From positions 231,804 through 295,803 of the forward strand of contig NIVC01001406.1 in NCBI GenBank assembly GCA_002269645.1: a stretch of DNA of 64,000 nt, read 5' to 3'. The stretch comes from Macrostomum lignano. Its lineage: Eukaryota. Below the pieces are notes generated by a model that worked only from the letters and a program-made list of their open reading frames with translations, was not told the origin of the DNA and did no database searches. The position numbers and the translations under genes are program-made. Below, piece after piece: positions 1-13,295 of this stretch (position 1 is its first letter; every line of letters starts with the position of its first letter).

Positions 1-196
1 GAGCCTTGGCTTTAAAATACATTAAAATGCTTCTGTTTAACTTACTACTGAACTGAAAGTAGCTTACACGTAAATGTGCTGAGTGGCCTATCTAGTTATT
101 TTAGTATCTGTGGTTACAATACTTCGGCCTACTGATAGTAGTGCGATATAAAAAAGTATCGACAATAAAAAAGCATCATAAAAAGAAGAAAATTAC

Positions 197-3100
197 CTGA
201 ACAGAGCGCAACAACTCGGTCTTCTGCTCCGAGGTCAGCACGGTTACATCCGGCGGCACTTTAATACGGTTTTCTGAATAAAAAATGAACAAAACATAAA
301 CACGATTATAAAGAAAATACTAAAACAGTGGTGTTAAATAATACTTGAAAAAAATACAGACCATTAGCCGTATCTAGCCAATCTCGAGCTTCCTGGAGGT
401 CGCATTCCAAGTCTGAAAATAATGGTGTGAAAAATTGGATGCTTAATTTTTCTTCTACCATTTTTTAAATAAAAAATCGGGAGAAATAACGAAAAGGATG
501 TGTTCAACTGGGAATATACTACGGAAGGCGAGGGTCATTTCGGGTCACTGTCACTTGAGAGGAAAGGTTGGGTGAACAATTAATTCCCACACTTGCACTA
601 GCAGGTGAGCTAGTGTAGATGAGCCAGAAATTACAATTCAAGCCCCAGCTAGTGTCGTGAATGAGTTTTGTCACGCAACAATAGAATAAATAATTATGAT
701 GAGTAGTGGGGATCTGATGCTGCAGAAGCAAAAATTTCCACTGCCTAACGAGCCACTTCAGCATAACTGTTACAGCAGAAACTACAGCTTCAAAGACTAA
801 AAGCTATTACGTCAGGCACTCATTGTATTCTATCTTTTCTAGAGTATGGACGGGAAATCAATATGAGTGCCGATTCTGGCATTCCCAGCTATTGCAGCTG
901 GCAAGCGCGAGTGACTCATCACCGCTCTCAGGGTAGGCGATTAGAGCAGTCACCCCCACACTGCCCTCAGACCCTCTAAGCAGGGCTGAGCTCGCACTGG
1001 GTTGAAAAAACACACAACTGGGATCTGCGTTAACAATGGCGATGAAATGAAGCTGGCCTAGGCTTATACTGAGGAGGGCATTGTTGAATGAATAATATGA
1101 TTGAGCCGGCAGATCTGAAACCCCCATCACTGAGTTCAATGATTTACACCGCCAGTGTTCAGATGCTGCACGCCATTAAGCTTAATTAGATCCGATCTGA
1201 TAACAAAAAAATACCACCTAACCTAATGAACCCGGAATGACCCATCACAAGTATCTATAGACGGAATAAGTGGCGGCCCAGCAACAGAGGATCTGGGAGG
1301 CCGGCTCAGCAACTGATGATTTGGGAGGCTGGCCCGGCAACTGAGGATCTGGGAGGCTGGCTCAGCAACTGATGATTTGGAAGGCTGGCCCGGCAACTGA
1401 GGATCTGGGAGGCTGGCCAAGCAACAGAGGATCTGGGAGGCTGGCTCAGCAACTGAGGATCTGGGAGGCTGGCTCAGCAACTGAGGATCTGGGAGGCTGG
1501 CTCAGCAACTGAGGATCTGGGAGGCTGGCTCAGCAACTGAGGATCTGGGAGGCTGGCTCAGCAACTGAGGATCTGGGAGGCTGGCTGCAGCACAAGCTGA
1601 ACAGTGAGACGCACACAAGGCGGGCGCAGCCACGGGCAGGTGAACTCACCAACTAGCAGCGAGCCGCCGTTGCCAGGCCAGAGCTCCAGCGCCGCGTCAA
1701 CAGCCAGCCAGGCCTCCTGCATGCTGCGCATCTTGGCGGAGACGTCGTCGGCAACGCGTGGATTAGCGAGGCAGAGCGCGCTGGCATAGTGGGACACCTT
1801 CTTCTGAGCTGACAGGTGGGCGCGATGGTCCGATTCGGCGTCCTTGACAACCGGGAATTATAATCAATGTAGACAGCTTTGGGTGGCAGACTCTTTTCCA
1901 TTGTACATAAATTTAACATCAAATTTAGACTGGTTGTTAAAGGGACATGACCCCGTCATAAATTTAAGGAATATGCGGGGACAGTGGCCCCTCCTTGGCA
2001 TTAAGATGATGCCTTTAAATTCGCAATTTATGCAAACTACAATGCGTTATCCATTCGGAAGGGGTCAGCTGCCCCCTTTGACAATGGGGGTCATTTTGCG
2101 GTCAGTGTGTACTCCGAAACTAGATAAGAAAAAAGATGAATAAGCAAAATGATGGTTCAAAATACAAGGAAACGACAGTGATAAGAGAATAAATGAATGA
2201 CGCGGTTCACACTATACTGGATGGACAGTTTATACGCATCTTATATAATGCGTATCAAACAGCATAAGCATATCAAACAGTAAAATATGGCACAAGCCTA
2301 TCGATTACAAACGCCGCGTTCGCGCGACCACCCACTTTACGATTATCCGTATTCGTCATATTCATAATACTCACTCACACTATAGGCTTATAGATAATAA
2401 GCAAGTAAAGCTGGCCCGCAGGCCTTATATTATAAATAAAGAGCTCGATAATGCAAAAACTCCAATGCTGGCTCACAAACTGCATTACGTAACCCCCCCC
2501 CCACAAGGCGCCCTCAATCCCAGTCGCGTTTCTGAACTCAGCCAAAACACACAATTTCCAGCCTCAATCGGAACCCAATTCTTTCTCTCCTGGAGTCGCT
2601 CGGGTTTCTCCGTCGCTTTTTAATTTTTTTTGCTGATTACCCAAGCTTCCCAAATTTCTAAAACAATAGCAGCCCGGCCAGCTCAAGGGTTGTTTAAGCT
2701 TTTTGTATTTAATCTTCTCTCTTCGCTTTTTCTCCTCTCTATCTGCCTTCTCTCTCTGCTCTCGGCTCCTTTCTCTCATCTACTTCTCTTCTCTGACTCT
2801 CCCTCCTCTCCTCTTCTCTCCACTCTTCCCCTTTATTCCATCGCCTCTCCTTTCTCCCATCTCTCTTCTCTATTCCCTCTCCTCTCTGCCCTCCTCTGGC
2901 CCGCAGCCATGCTCTAGGCTCTCTATCTGGCCCTTGGGGCAAGAAAGTTTGCCAACCCCTGGCCTATATGCAGTGCCAAACCCCAAGAAACATGACGCAT
3001 GAACGACTTAAGTAGGATGGAGAACTTCGTTTCTTAGAAAATATTTCAAAGCTGTTTTTATGTGTAAATATACTACAAAGATTGGATTTTTTCATATTTT

Positions 3101-6100
3101 AACAAAGAAATAAAGCAATAAAAACACTGGAAAATCGTATCGATTTTCTAAGAAACGAAGAACTTTTACCCCTAATTAGTTTTCTGTTTTCAATTTTCAT
3201 AAAGGCCAAAGCATCACACAGGATTCCCCGAAATGGAAGCGATGGGATTCGAAGAGGAAGCGATGGGGTCCAGAGGGGAAGCGATGGGATTCGAAGAGGA
3301 AGCGATGGGATCCAGAGGGGAAGCGATGGGATTCGAAGAGGAAGCGATGGGGTCCAGAGGGGAAGCGATGGGATTCGAAGAGGAAGCGATGGGGTCCAGA
3401 GGAGAAGCGATGGGGTCCAGAGGGGAAGCGATGGGATTCGAAGAGGAAGCGATGGGGTCCAGAGGAGAAGCGATGGGGTCCAGAGGGGAAGCGATGGGAT
3501 TCGAAGGGGAAGCGATGGGATCCAGAGGGGAAGCAATGGAATGCGAAAGGGAAGCAATGAGCCTTTTAAGACCACTACGTCTTTGTGATACATCTAACAC
3601 ACAGAAAACTGGCCCCTCACCAAATGCATCAGGTAGCGTTCAGCCTTGGACGCGGCGGGCCGCTGCAGGCGCAGCTGCAATTGCCGCAGCCAATCGTTGT
3701 GCTCCTTCCACATGCTGTAGAACTCCAACAGTGTGTGAGCGTCGTCATTGCCTGTCTCCGATTGGTTCTCCATCGACTGCGGAATAGCAATGGTAGTAGG
3801 CTGTGGATATAAGTACATTTTGGCTAGTTCATTCATAGCCCCGTTTTAATAAGGACTTGCAAATCAGCCACTGCCTCCAGTTGCAGTTGGAGTTTTGTAA
3901 TTCTAATTAGCAATTTTGTTAGCATTGGCACTAATTTGCCTACCGAATAACACGTTGGTTCAGTAACGGAAATAACCGTTTTCAGTAAAGTTGGGAAGCA
4001 CGAAAAAGTGCAAATATCAGAGAACTAAATAAACAGATATGTTGGCAATACGTTTCTTTTAAGTGTGTAATGACTTTGTATTTGGACAAAAGCACTTTAT
4101 AGTTGTCATTGTTTCTGCAAAGAACGGGTCATTGTGATATTGGTCATTGTTTCTGCAGAGAACGGGCCATTGTGCTATTGGCCACTGGTTCTCTAGATAA
4201 CGGGTCATTGTGTTATTGGTCATTGATTCAGCAGAGAACGGGTCATTGTGTTATTGGTCATTGATTCAGCAGAGAACGGGTCATTGTGCTATTGGTCATT
4301 GATTCAGCAGAGAACGGGTCATTGTGCTATTGGTCATTGATTCAGCAGAAAACGGGTGATTGTGCTATTGGTCATTGATTCAGCAGAAAACGGGTCATTG
4401 TGCTATTGGTCATTGATTTAGCAGAGAACGGGTCATTGTGTTATTGGTCATTGATAATGCAGAGAACGGGTCATTGTGCTATTGGTCATTGATTCAGCAG
4501 AAAACGGGTGATTGTGCTATTGGTCATTGATTCAGCAGAAAACGGGTCATTGTGCTATTGGTCATTGATTTAGCAGAGAACGGGTCATTGTGTTATTGGT
4601 CATTGATAATGCAGAGAACGGGTCATTGTGCTATTGGTCCTTGATTCTGCAGAGAACGGGTCATCGTGCTATTGGTCATTGATTCTGCAGAGAACGGGTC
4701 ATCGTGCTATTGGTCATTGTTTCTGCAAAGAACGGATCATTGTGCTATTGGTCATTGATTCTGCAGAGAACGGGTCATCGTGCTATTGGTCATTTGCTCT
4801 TCTGTGAGGCTTTATCGGTCATTGGTTTTATAGGAAACGTTAAATGTACTTTGAAGCGTTTATTTTTTAGCATGCCTATAACCTCAACACTGAAATTTAC
4901 AGTGAGATTTGTGTACTACCTGTTATTAAACAAATTAATACCAATCTATTTTATTTCAAAATAGGTACAAATCCAATAGCTAATCCTGCCAGCTAAAAAA
5001 GGCTACATCGGTACATGCTGGTTATTACTCTGGGCAATTGGGCATTTATCAGCCGCCGCTTTAATGCTTGCATACATACATCTAGTACTAACGGCCAAGC
5101 CGAGAAATCACTGGAAAAAGGCATAGCCGGGCGTCACCCCCCCCCCCCCGCCATCCAAGCCAGAGCAGCGACTGCATGATTAATTAATAAATTCTGGCTT
5201 GCCAAACCCTTGCGGACTGGCAATAAAGGTATTTTAAGGCCAACGCCGTTTACATTATGCCCTCCATCACCGACTGTACGAGTCCCTAGAGCAGAGATAA
5301 AGAGATGAAGAGACTTGATCACTGCTGCGGGCGAGATGAGAGTGGAATGGAGATTGAATGGGAGAGAGAGAAGAAATAGGAGATGAGAGATGACAAAATA
5401 GAGGAGATGAGAGAAGAGATGAGATAGAAGATAAGAGAGAGAAGTGAGGAGACGAGAGGAGATAAGAAAGGTGAGGAGATGAGAGGAGAGAGTTGAGTTG
5501 AGATGAGAGGAGAGGAGAGAAGAGGAGAGGAGAGGGAGGAGAGAGTAGGGGAGAGAAAGGAGAGAAGAAAAGAGAGAGGAGAGAAGAAAAGAGAGAGGAG
5601 AGAAGAAAAGAGAGACGAGAGACACCAACCTTGAGCGGGCCGGATTGTAAACTATGTAAAGTTTCATAGGACCCGAGGGCCGGATAGAGGCTTGCCGACC
5701 CCTGCCTTAGAGACAAGGAATCTGAAAAAAGGCTTAATAGTTTCTACCTGTTCACCTCAAAAAAACTATCAAAAATATGAAAAATAAATGAAACTAAATT
5801 TTTTTTTCTTAAAACGCAGAAAAAAATCTAACGAAAAGAACCCTGGCGAGGCTTCATTTTTTACGAGTGAAAGATTTTTGTGCTTAACGGAGCATAATAG
5901 TTCAGAAATACTTTTTCACCTGTCTAGGTAATAAAATATGAAGCACAACTCAATAAAGAATCTGGGACCTAGCTAGATTCCTAGCTTGAAAAGTATATAG
6001 GCCGCGTGACTCACCTGGCATTTCTCCATGATGCCGCTGTCGTTCATTAATAAAGTATAGGAAGGCTTCAGCAGATCCCAAAGAGGCTGCTGGCAGTTGT

Positions 6101-9100
6101 CCGGCGATGGAGAATGATTGTGACGCTGCTGTTTCTGTTGCTGCTGCTGCTGTTGAAGCAGATTGCGCAGTTCCTCCTCTGTGACGGCCTATTGTTGTTG
6201 TGCAAAAATACATTAACAATAATTTACTTATATCAATAGAAATCTGGGCCGAATCAAAGTTACCAGCAGCAATGCCATGGATTCTATGGCCTAAAGCTTA
6301 AAAAAATAATTTGTTCATTTAACGTCTGTCAATAAACTCGTACTTCCTTTGGCATATTGCTACAGATAAACTATGTTTTTGTAATTAAAACCACCTGATT
6401 AATAAATTACAAAATATGTTTGTAAGCGATGCAAAGGAATTCCAAATTTTGGGGAGTTGCAGTCTTGGAAATGAAGCGTCACAGGGCCGCTGCACATGTA
6501 CACCCTGTGTGAGCATGTGCCACCCCCCGTAAATGTGTGCGCGTACGTGCTCAGAGACTATCTATTAGCCTCATCTATTAATATTCATAGCAACGATGGT
6601 AGCCCAAGCGTCAATCAAAACAGGTAAAAAGAATTGAGAAGTTGAATAATGGATTAAGATATTGATGACTGACAGATTTGAGTGAGTCAGAATGAAGAAC
6701 ATTATCATGACTCAACTTAAGTAACGCTTGACAGGCCAAGACAGCTCTATAAAGCATTTGAGCATTGCTCTATGATAAGCTTACAGCGATTTTGATTGAT
6801 GCCCCAGACAGGTAAGCACGGCTCTAGGCATCCAACTCAGATCAATGGGAGAACGGCCGACCAAAAAAGCCTCGCTAAGCCTTCAACACACGCGCCCTTT
6901 GGCCTCCCATTTAGCTGGGCAAATAATGACGTAATAAAAGATTTCCAAAAAATGGGGAGAAAATTCCTCAGACTTGATGGCTATTACGCAACAAAAAATC
7001 CCTAACAAGTTGCCAACTAAATCGATAAGAGTTAATAAGAAGACGACTTAGGGATGGGATTTATCCAGGATGGGCGATGACGCTTAGAGGCTGATGATTC
7101 ACGCGGCGCTATTTGCGTATAAATACAATACTTGTGTAACAGTCTTAAATGGCGATTGTAGCAAGAGTGGCTAAGGGCGATTGTAGCAGGAGTGACTAAG
7201 GGCGATTGTAGCAGGAGTGACTAAGGGCGATTGTAGCAAGAGTGGCTAATGGCGATTGTAGCAAGAGTGGCTAAGGGCGATTGTAGCAAGAGTGGCTAAG
7301 GGCGATTGTAGCAGGACTGGCTAAGGGCGATTGTAACAGGAGTGGCTAAGGGCGATTGTAACAGGAGTGGCTAAGGGCGATTGTAGCAGGAGTGGCTAAG
7401 GGCGATTGTAACAGAAGTGGCTAAGGGCGATTGTAACAGGAGTGGCTAAGGGCGATTGTAGCAGGAGTGGCTAAGGGCGATTGTAACAGAAGTGGCTAAG
7501 GGCGATTGTAACAGAAGTGGCTAAGGGCGATTGTAGCAGGAGTGGCTAAGGGTGATTGTAGCAGGACTGGCTAAGGGCGATTGTAACAAGAGTGACTAAG
7601 GGCGATTGTAGCAAGAGTGGCTAATGGCGATTGTAGCAAGAGTGGCTAAGGGCGATTGTAGCAAGAGTGGCTAAGGGCGATTGTAGCAGGACTGGCTAAG
7701 GGCGATTGTAACAAGAGTGGCTAAGGGCGATTGTAACAGGAGTGGCTAAGGGCGATTGTAGCAGGAGTGGCTAAGGGTGATTGTAGCAGGAGTGGCTAAG
7801 GGCGATTGTAGCAGGAGTGGCTAAGGGTGATTTTAGCAGGACTGGCTAAGGGCGATTGTAACAGAAGTGGCTAAGGGCGATTGTAACAGGAGTGGCTAAG
7901 GGCGATTGTAGCAGGAGTGGCTAAGGGCGATTGTAACAGGAGTGGCTAAGGGCGATTGTAACAGGAGTGGCTAAGGGCGATTGTAGCAGGAGTGGCTAAG
8001 GGTGATTGTAGCAGGACTGGCTAAGGGCGATTGTAACAGGAGTGGCTAAGGGCAAATCTAAGGAGTGTGTGTATCAAGACTATCAGAAGAATGATTAAGG
8101 GATTCATTCTCAAGCCAGGAACTGGGCTACCGATGCTAAGCCCCCAGCCTTCGTCGGAAATATGAAATATTTTCATATTGTGAATATAAGAACCAGTTAA
8201 ACAATCTTTATGCACAAGGCGTGCTGTAAGCGCTGCTATGCAGCTTAAAAATATTAAGTCGTCAAGGGCGAAATAAAACGTTGCTATATCATCCAAACCT
8301 TTACAATTAAGGTTAATCAAAAGAAAAAACATTAACCCAAATCAATTGTCAAATTATTAACTGAACAGAAGAAAATGAACACAAAATAATATAAATTAAC
8401 AAAAGTCAAAAGTACACAGAAGTAGGCAAACCTTATGGCAGTACTTAATCTCGCTCCGAACTTGTTTAAAATGCACTTTTGTTAATTAGTAGAAAAGCTA
8501 CAAAAAAAACAAATTCAAGACATGCTGAGAGGAAATCAAAAACGCTAGAGTAAAATTGATACAATGACGAATTAAAACAAGAGACGAGAGAGGAGACGAG
8601 AGGAGGAAGGGAGACCCGCCTGGCCCAAACACCCGGTTTTTGTCCGGATTTGGTCCGGAATTGTCCGGTTTTAGCGGTTTTTCCGGATCAAGCTAAATTT
8701 CATCCGGATTTTATCCGGTTGTACAGTCCGGATCAAAATTCGGAGGATCCTCCGGACCAAAACCGGATAAAAAGTTTTTTGCAAACGTCTTACGTCCGGT
8801 TTTTCACCCGGAAATTTATCCGGTCGATTTTCTAACAAAAATTGGACAAAACCCGGAGCATAATCCGGATGACCTCCGGACGAGAGTAGTTTTTTCGTCC
8901 GGAAATTGATCCGGTATTTCTTCCACTCGTTTCTCCACTGTTCGAGACGGATCTAAACGGATCAAATACCGGATTAAATCCCGCTGGGACGCAACTCCGA
9001 CATTTTGCAAGCTGTTGGTTCGATTTCGGATCGAAATTAACACGAAATTTACTTTTGGTCCGACTTTTAACCCTTTAGGACACGATTTTTGTCGTCCAGA

Positions 9101-11202
9101 AAGTCGTCTGGCTACAGGTCAGCAGCTGCAAACCCTGGAAAATTGGCCGTAGCCAAAATGTGGCTGGCGAATGCATCTGTCGTTTACACTCCAGCCGAAC
9201 TCCACCGAGCGTTCACCCGTTGCGGTGAAACAGCTCGCGAGAAGCTGGGGTACCCGAAGCGTGTCAGAACCAAGCCGGGTGCCACAAAACCGGGAACCAC
9301 CAAGCCGTCCACCACCCAGCTGTCCGACTCTGGCGTACTCGGACATGTTGTCGACATATCGCAGCTGGACGGGAGTGACGACATGCTGAACCTAATAGTT
9401 CGCAATTAGTAGCAGAAGAATTTTAAGTTCGACTGTTAGGAAACTTCCGTCCGTTTTGGCTGAAATAGGTTGGAGCAAGTTTTCATAGGAATGCAGCAGT
9501 GTTACTCAGTAAAATAATTGCCATCACTGCAATCGATGACCCTCTGCCAACGAGAGGGCAGACTTTGGATGCCAGCTGGCATCCAACACAGCTTCATTAT
9601 CCTCTGCATAGAAAAGTATAAAAACGGACAGAACTTTCCTAACAACCCAATAACTAAAAAATAAAATTTTGTGGTCCCCTTTGGCGTCCGAGGTAGAGCC
9701 CTTAATCTGTAGTTAGTCTATATGGTGCTTAATATATTTCTTAATCTGTGGTGGAGCCCCCAATGTCTACTGTTATAGCGATCCATGGTGGTTTGTCCTG
9801 TGACGGAGGGTGACAGTAAGGAATGTGATCGAGTAGAGGGGAGGTGGGAGATTAGAGGGATGGTGAGAGTAGAGAGACTGAGAGAGTAGAGGGTGAGATG
9901 GTTTAGGTGCTTGAGAGATTAGAGGGATGGTGAGAGTAGAGAGACTGAGAGAGTAGAGGGTGAGATGGTTTAGGTGCTTGAGAGAGTAGACGATGGTGAC
10001 ATTGTAGGTGGTGACGTGAGAGGGAACTGGCACTGGCCCTCTGTAAATCGCTGATGTCTATTTGAATTTGAAAAAAATATACGGAATGTATTGATGGAGT
10101 GCAAGGAATGGAGTATTTCGCCAGGCGTGAATTTTTAAGCCGGAATAACTGCTCCAGACTGTGTTACGTGTTTCCCCATTTTTTCTTCTCTTAGTAATCA
10201 AATTTATGCTGCCAAATCTATCTCCGCGTCTATCGAGATCCGGATTTTTATCCGGAAATTCACCCGGCGTTTCATCCACTAAGGAACCCAGTCGCGTTGG
10301 TCCGGTTTTTATCCGGAAATTCACCCGGTATTTCATCCTGCACTGCTGATCCGGATTTGATCCGGTTTGTCGTCCGCATTTACATCCGCTAAAAACCGGA
10401 GGGAAACCGGAGATTCTTCCGGATAAACCCCCGGATGTAGACCCGGATGAAAGTACTCAAAATTCACACTCTCATCCGGAATGTTAACAATTTCTCCGGC
10501 TTTCGTCCGGTATTTTAAATGGGAATTTTATATTACGAGCCGGATGAAAATTCGGAATTGTGCCCGGAGATATTGCCGGATGATTGGGCCAGGCGGGGAG
10601 GGGAGAGCTGAGAAGAGACAAACCTTGAGCGGGCTGGATTGCTTTAGTGAATTTTCAAAGGGACCAGAGAGTCGGATTAGGGAGGCTTAGCCGACCGGAG
10701 TTTGCCGGCCACTTGCCCAATAGACACAAGTTTAGTCTTTAAGGAAGGTAGTGGCTGCAAAAAAGCAATATTAAATGCACGCTACCCAATGCTATTGATA
10801 TCGAAGTTACTATCATAGACTAAATTTTGATAGAATACTTATGGTTCAGGCAAGGTCTTTTTTAATTCCATGCTCAGATATACAAGACATGTAAATCAGA
10901 ACTGAAAGTCAATCAGGTTGATGATAAAAAACGAATCTACAGGACACTGTGATACAAACAGTCGCTTTCCGGGATTGAGAACTCAGGATGCGAGCACCGA
11001 GTTTTTTAATAGATATAATTTTATTAAATCTCACCTGGTTGGCATCAAATCTGCGTCGCTTATTAGGAGCTGGCGCGAATTCGTCCCTGACAATGATAAT
11101 CTTGGAAGAGTTAGATGGAGGCGGCGCAGTCTTTAGGCTGTTTCGACGCTTGCTATTGCTAGTACTGTGCTGCTGCCTGCGGTGCGTGCAAGTGACTGGC
11201 AT
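197..11202 (-). CDS. Uncharacterised multi-exon protein with a spectrin-repeat-like segment (3' end runs off the window start)
   Basis: Exons (minus): 11035-11202, 6015-6188, 3621-3776, 1650-1842, 197-273, GT-AG and in phase, giving 256 aa with no stop. The segment LLEFYSMWKEHNDWLRQLQLRL...VSAKMRSMQEAWLAV has the two spaced Trp residues and helical periodicity typical of spectrin repeats. The N-terminus has basic patches (KRRNS, NKRRRF) and a polyQ. Confidence 0.75.
1285..1588. repeat. 28-bp minisatellite
   Basis: Unit CTGGCTCAGCAACTGAGGATCTGGGAGG, ~11 copies, ending ~60 bp from an exon donor. Confidence 0.95.
3233..3560. repeat. 21-bp minisatellite with two unit variants
   Basis: GAAGCGATGGGATTCGAAGAG / GAAGCGATGGGGTCCAGAGGG, ~15 copies. 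Confidence 0.95.
4085..4795. repeat. 38-bp minisatellite
   Basis: Unit GCAGAGAACGGGTCATTGTGCTATTGGTCATTGATTCA, ~18 copies. Confidence 0.95.
5230..5715 (+). repeat. Interspersed GA-rich repeat family member (related pieces at ~2640-2960 inverted and 10599-10720)
   Basis: GA-rich tract followed by AACCTTGAGCGGGC(C/T)GGATTG, shared with 10620-10640; the leader ...GATAAAGA...TGCGGGCGAGATGAGAGTGGAA resembles the start of the Helitron GA module. Confidence 0.55.
7150..8055. repeat. 25-bp minisatellite
   Basis: Unit GGCTAAGGGCGATTGTAGCAGGAGT, ~36 copies. Confidence 0.95.
8614..10598. mobile_element. Putative non-autonomous CACTA/EnSpm-like DNA element with TCCGGA-rich subterminal arms
   Basis: Perfect 14-bp TIR CCCGCCTGGCCCAA ... 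TTGGGCCAGGCGGG, flanked GA|...|GA (also a 7/8 match aagggaga/gagggaga); ~450-bp arms densely repeating TCCGGA motifs at both ends. Confidence 0.6.
9434..9644. mobile_element. Small inverted-repeat element (MITE-like) inside the CACTA-like element
   Basis: TGTTAGGAAA(C/G)TTC(C/T)GTCCGTTTT inverted at both ends; no clear TSD. Confidence 0.5.
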
Positions 11203-11461
11203 AATTCTGTTGAAATATTCCACTATTTTTTAACTAGACGGCTGCACTCATAGCAGTTCGATTGTTCTTTAATTAGTAGACCAGAAAATGTGCAACAACA
11301 GTTATATGCTATACAATTTAACAGTAACTGTTAGTGACAGTGAAACTATTGCAATAAACAAAGCTATGCATACAAAATGATATCTCATTATAATTCTTTG
11401 ACTTGCAATATCATAAAGCACATCTTATTATGAAAAATAGGCTTTTCAATATATATAACTA

Positions 11462-13002
11462 TACGAAGGGCACTGCAAAAGTTTTTAGCCACAAATCAGC
11501 TGTTTGTCCAATCAGCTTCATTTTTTTTCACAGGCTTACATGCCAATACAAATGACCATGACGGATAAAACTTCACGCAAATATCTTGCAGCCTTCAGCT
11601 GCTGGACCAGATAACTTCAGCACCTCTGCCCACTTTCCAGCAGAGCTCGTAGAACTTTCGTGCTATGACCTTTTATGACTATCGCAGCGGCCTTGATTGC
11701 CGCCAGTGCCACGAAGGCTGTCAGCCACTGGCGGCGCAGGGGGGGGGGGCACCTGCCCCGGGTGACCACAGGTCATTGCCTCAAGGGGTGACCACCCCAC
11801 CATCCCCACGGCCCTGAAAAGACCCTAGGAAGGGAAGGCAGATGGTCACCCCCTGCTATGCAACTTGCACTTGCATCAATGATTAAAAATGCATTTTTAT
11901 AAGAATTTTCGTGTTGTACAATCGTTTTGTTAATTTGTTCGTAATTTTTTACTTTCTTTGAAAATTTGTGTTCTAATTCAAATGTTTTTATTTGTTTAAT
12001 TACGATTGGTAGGGGAAGGGGGGCGACAACCTAACTACTGCCCCCCCCCCCTAACCGGAGATACTGCGCCGCCACTGCTGTCAGCGGCTTTCGCAGAAGC
12101 TGCTTCATCGCCTACGACCGTCAGCAACAGGTTCCGTGAGTTTCGTCGTGGCTGAGACACGATGGAAGATGAGAAGCGTACAGACCGACCTTCAACTGCC
12201 AGGACACCAGAAACAGTGGTTAGTGTCCGCCAGCTGGTAGAAGCTGACAGGCGGATAACCTACAAGGAGATCAAGGCATTCATTCGCCGACAATCGCTAA
12301 AAATCTTTACCACCACATTGGCTTGTGCAAGCTGATCAGTAGCTGGGTGCCCCACCTGCTGCAGCCTGAACAGAAATATGCCAGTGTCGATTGGTGCCAC
12401 CAGATGCTACAGAAGTACAGTGATGGAGCATCGAAAAGCGGTCGCCAACATTGTGACAGGCGACGAGACTTGAATGTACTGCTATGAGGCAGAGCGCAAG
12501 TGCAAGTCGCAGGTGTGGGCGTTTCCAGATGAGGTGCTACCATGCCAACAAAGGTCGTGCAAGGCAGGAGCACCAGCAAGCAGATGGTTGCAACTTTTTT
12601 GCATTGCTCAGGTCACAGGGCAACTGTGCAGCTGCTAGACTAGTGCTCCTAGTATACTGGCCTAGTATAATGGCATCTGGTTGCCACAGGTCATCCACAG
12701 CCTGAGCAAGACATATCTAAAGTCCAGTGTCCAAGGCCTCAGGACAATGGGAGTACTCACATGGCTCAGGCAACATGGCCATTCCTGCAGACCTAGGGAC
12801 TGCAGCTGACCAGTCAACCCCTATACTCTTGGCACTGACTTTTTTGTGCTCCCTAAAGTCAAAGACTCCCTATGTGACTAGAATTTTTTTACTGCAGAGG
12901 CTATTGATGCATTCCATGAGATAGAAAAGGGTTGTCGACATCTACGTGGCAGCTTAGCTGCTTCCATTCAGATATAGCTAAAAACTTTTGCAGCACCCCT
13001 TG
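11462..13002 (+). mobile_element. Decayed mariner (Tc1/mariner) transposon
   Basis: TA-flanked ~28-bp TIRs (CGAAGGGCACTGCAAAAGTTTTTAGC vs reverse complement CAAGGGGTGCTGCAAAAGTTTTTAGC). Frameshifted transposase remnant with EDEKRTDRPST, WVPHLL and IVTGDET motifs at ~12160-12600. Confidence 0.88.
11726..12077. mobile_element. hAT-like MITE inserted into the mariner transposase
   Basis: TIRs CA(C/G)TGGCGGCGCAG, flanked by a perfect 8-bp TSD CTGTCAGC (11718-11725 and 12078-12085). Confidence 0.85.
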
Positions 13003-13245
13003 TAGTTTATTGTTTATTTTAAAAAAATCATACTGTTTGCCAACAAAAAAGTGGCAAACAAAATGACTATGCATCCTATTATATACCATAGAGGAATTTT
13101 TAGACTTTCTAATCTGATAATAGATAAGTCTTAATGACTATAGCAACAATATCTAAGACAATAATATAACTATATAGTCGTAAGATATAAACATTGATTT
13201 TAGGTAAATAACTCTCATTTCTTCCTACTAGGCCATAGTCAGGAT

Positions 13246-13246
13246 C

Positions 13247-13292
<46 letters not shown>
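13246..13292. repeat. (TA)n microsatellite
   Basis: Pure AT dinucleotide run. Confidence 0.95.

Positions 13293-13295
<3 letters not shown>

Noticed and set aside
500-1150. Short ORFs 519-764 and 858-1139
   Set aside because: Intronic, interrupted by stops in the more protein-like frames, with no recognisable domain.
3099-3787. Repeat ORFs of 128-184 aa on both strands
   Set aside because: A 21-bp intronic minisatellite; the real exon is 3621-3776 on the minus strand.
9100-9410. GC-rich segment as a constitutive exon of gene 1
   Set aside because: It lacks a good donor, lies inside a TIR-bounded element, and the flanking exons join in phase 0 without it. Kept only as possible cargo.
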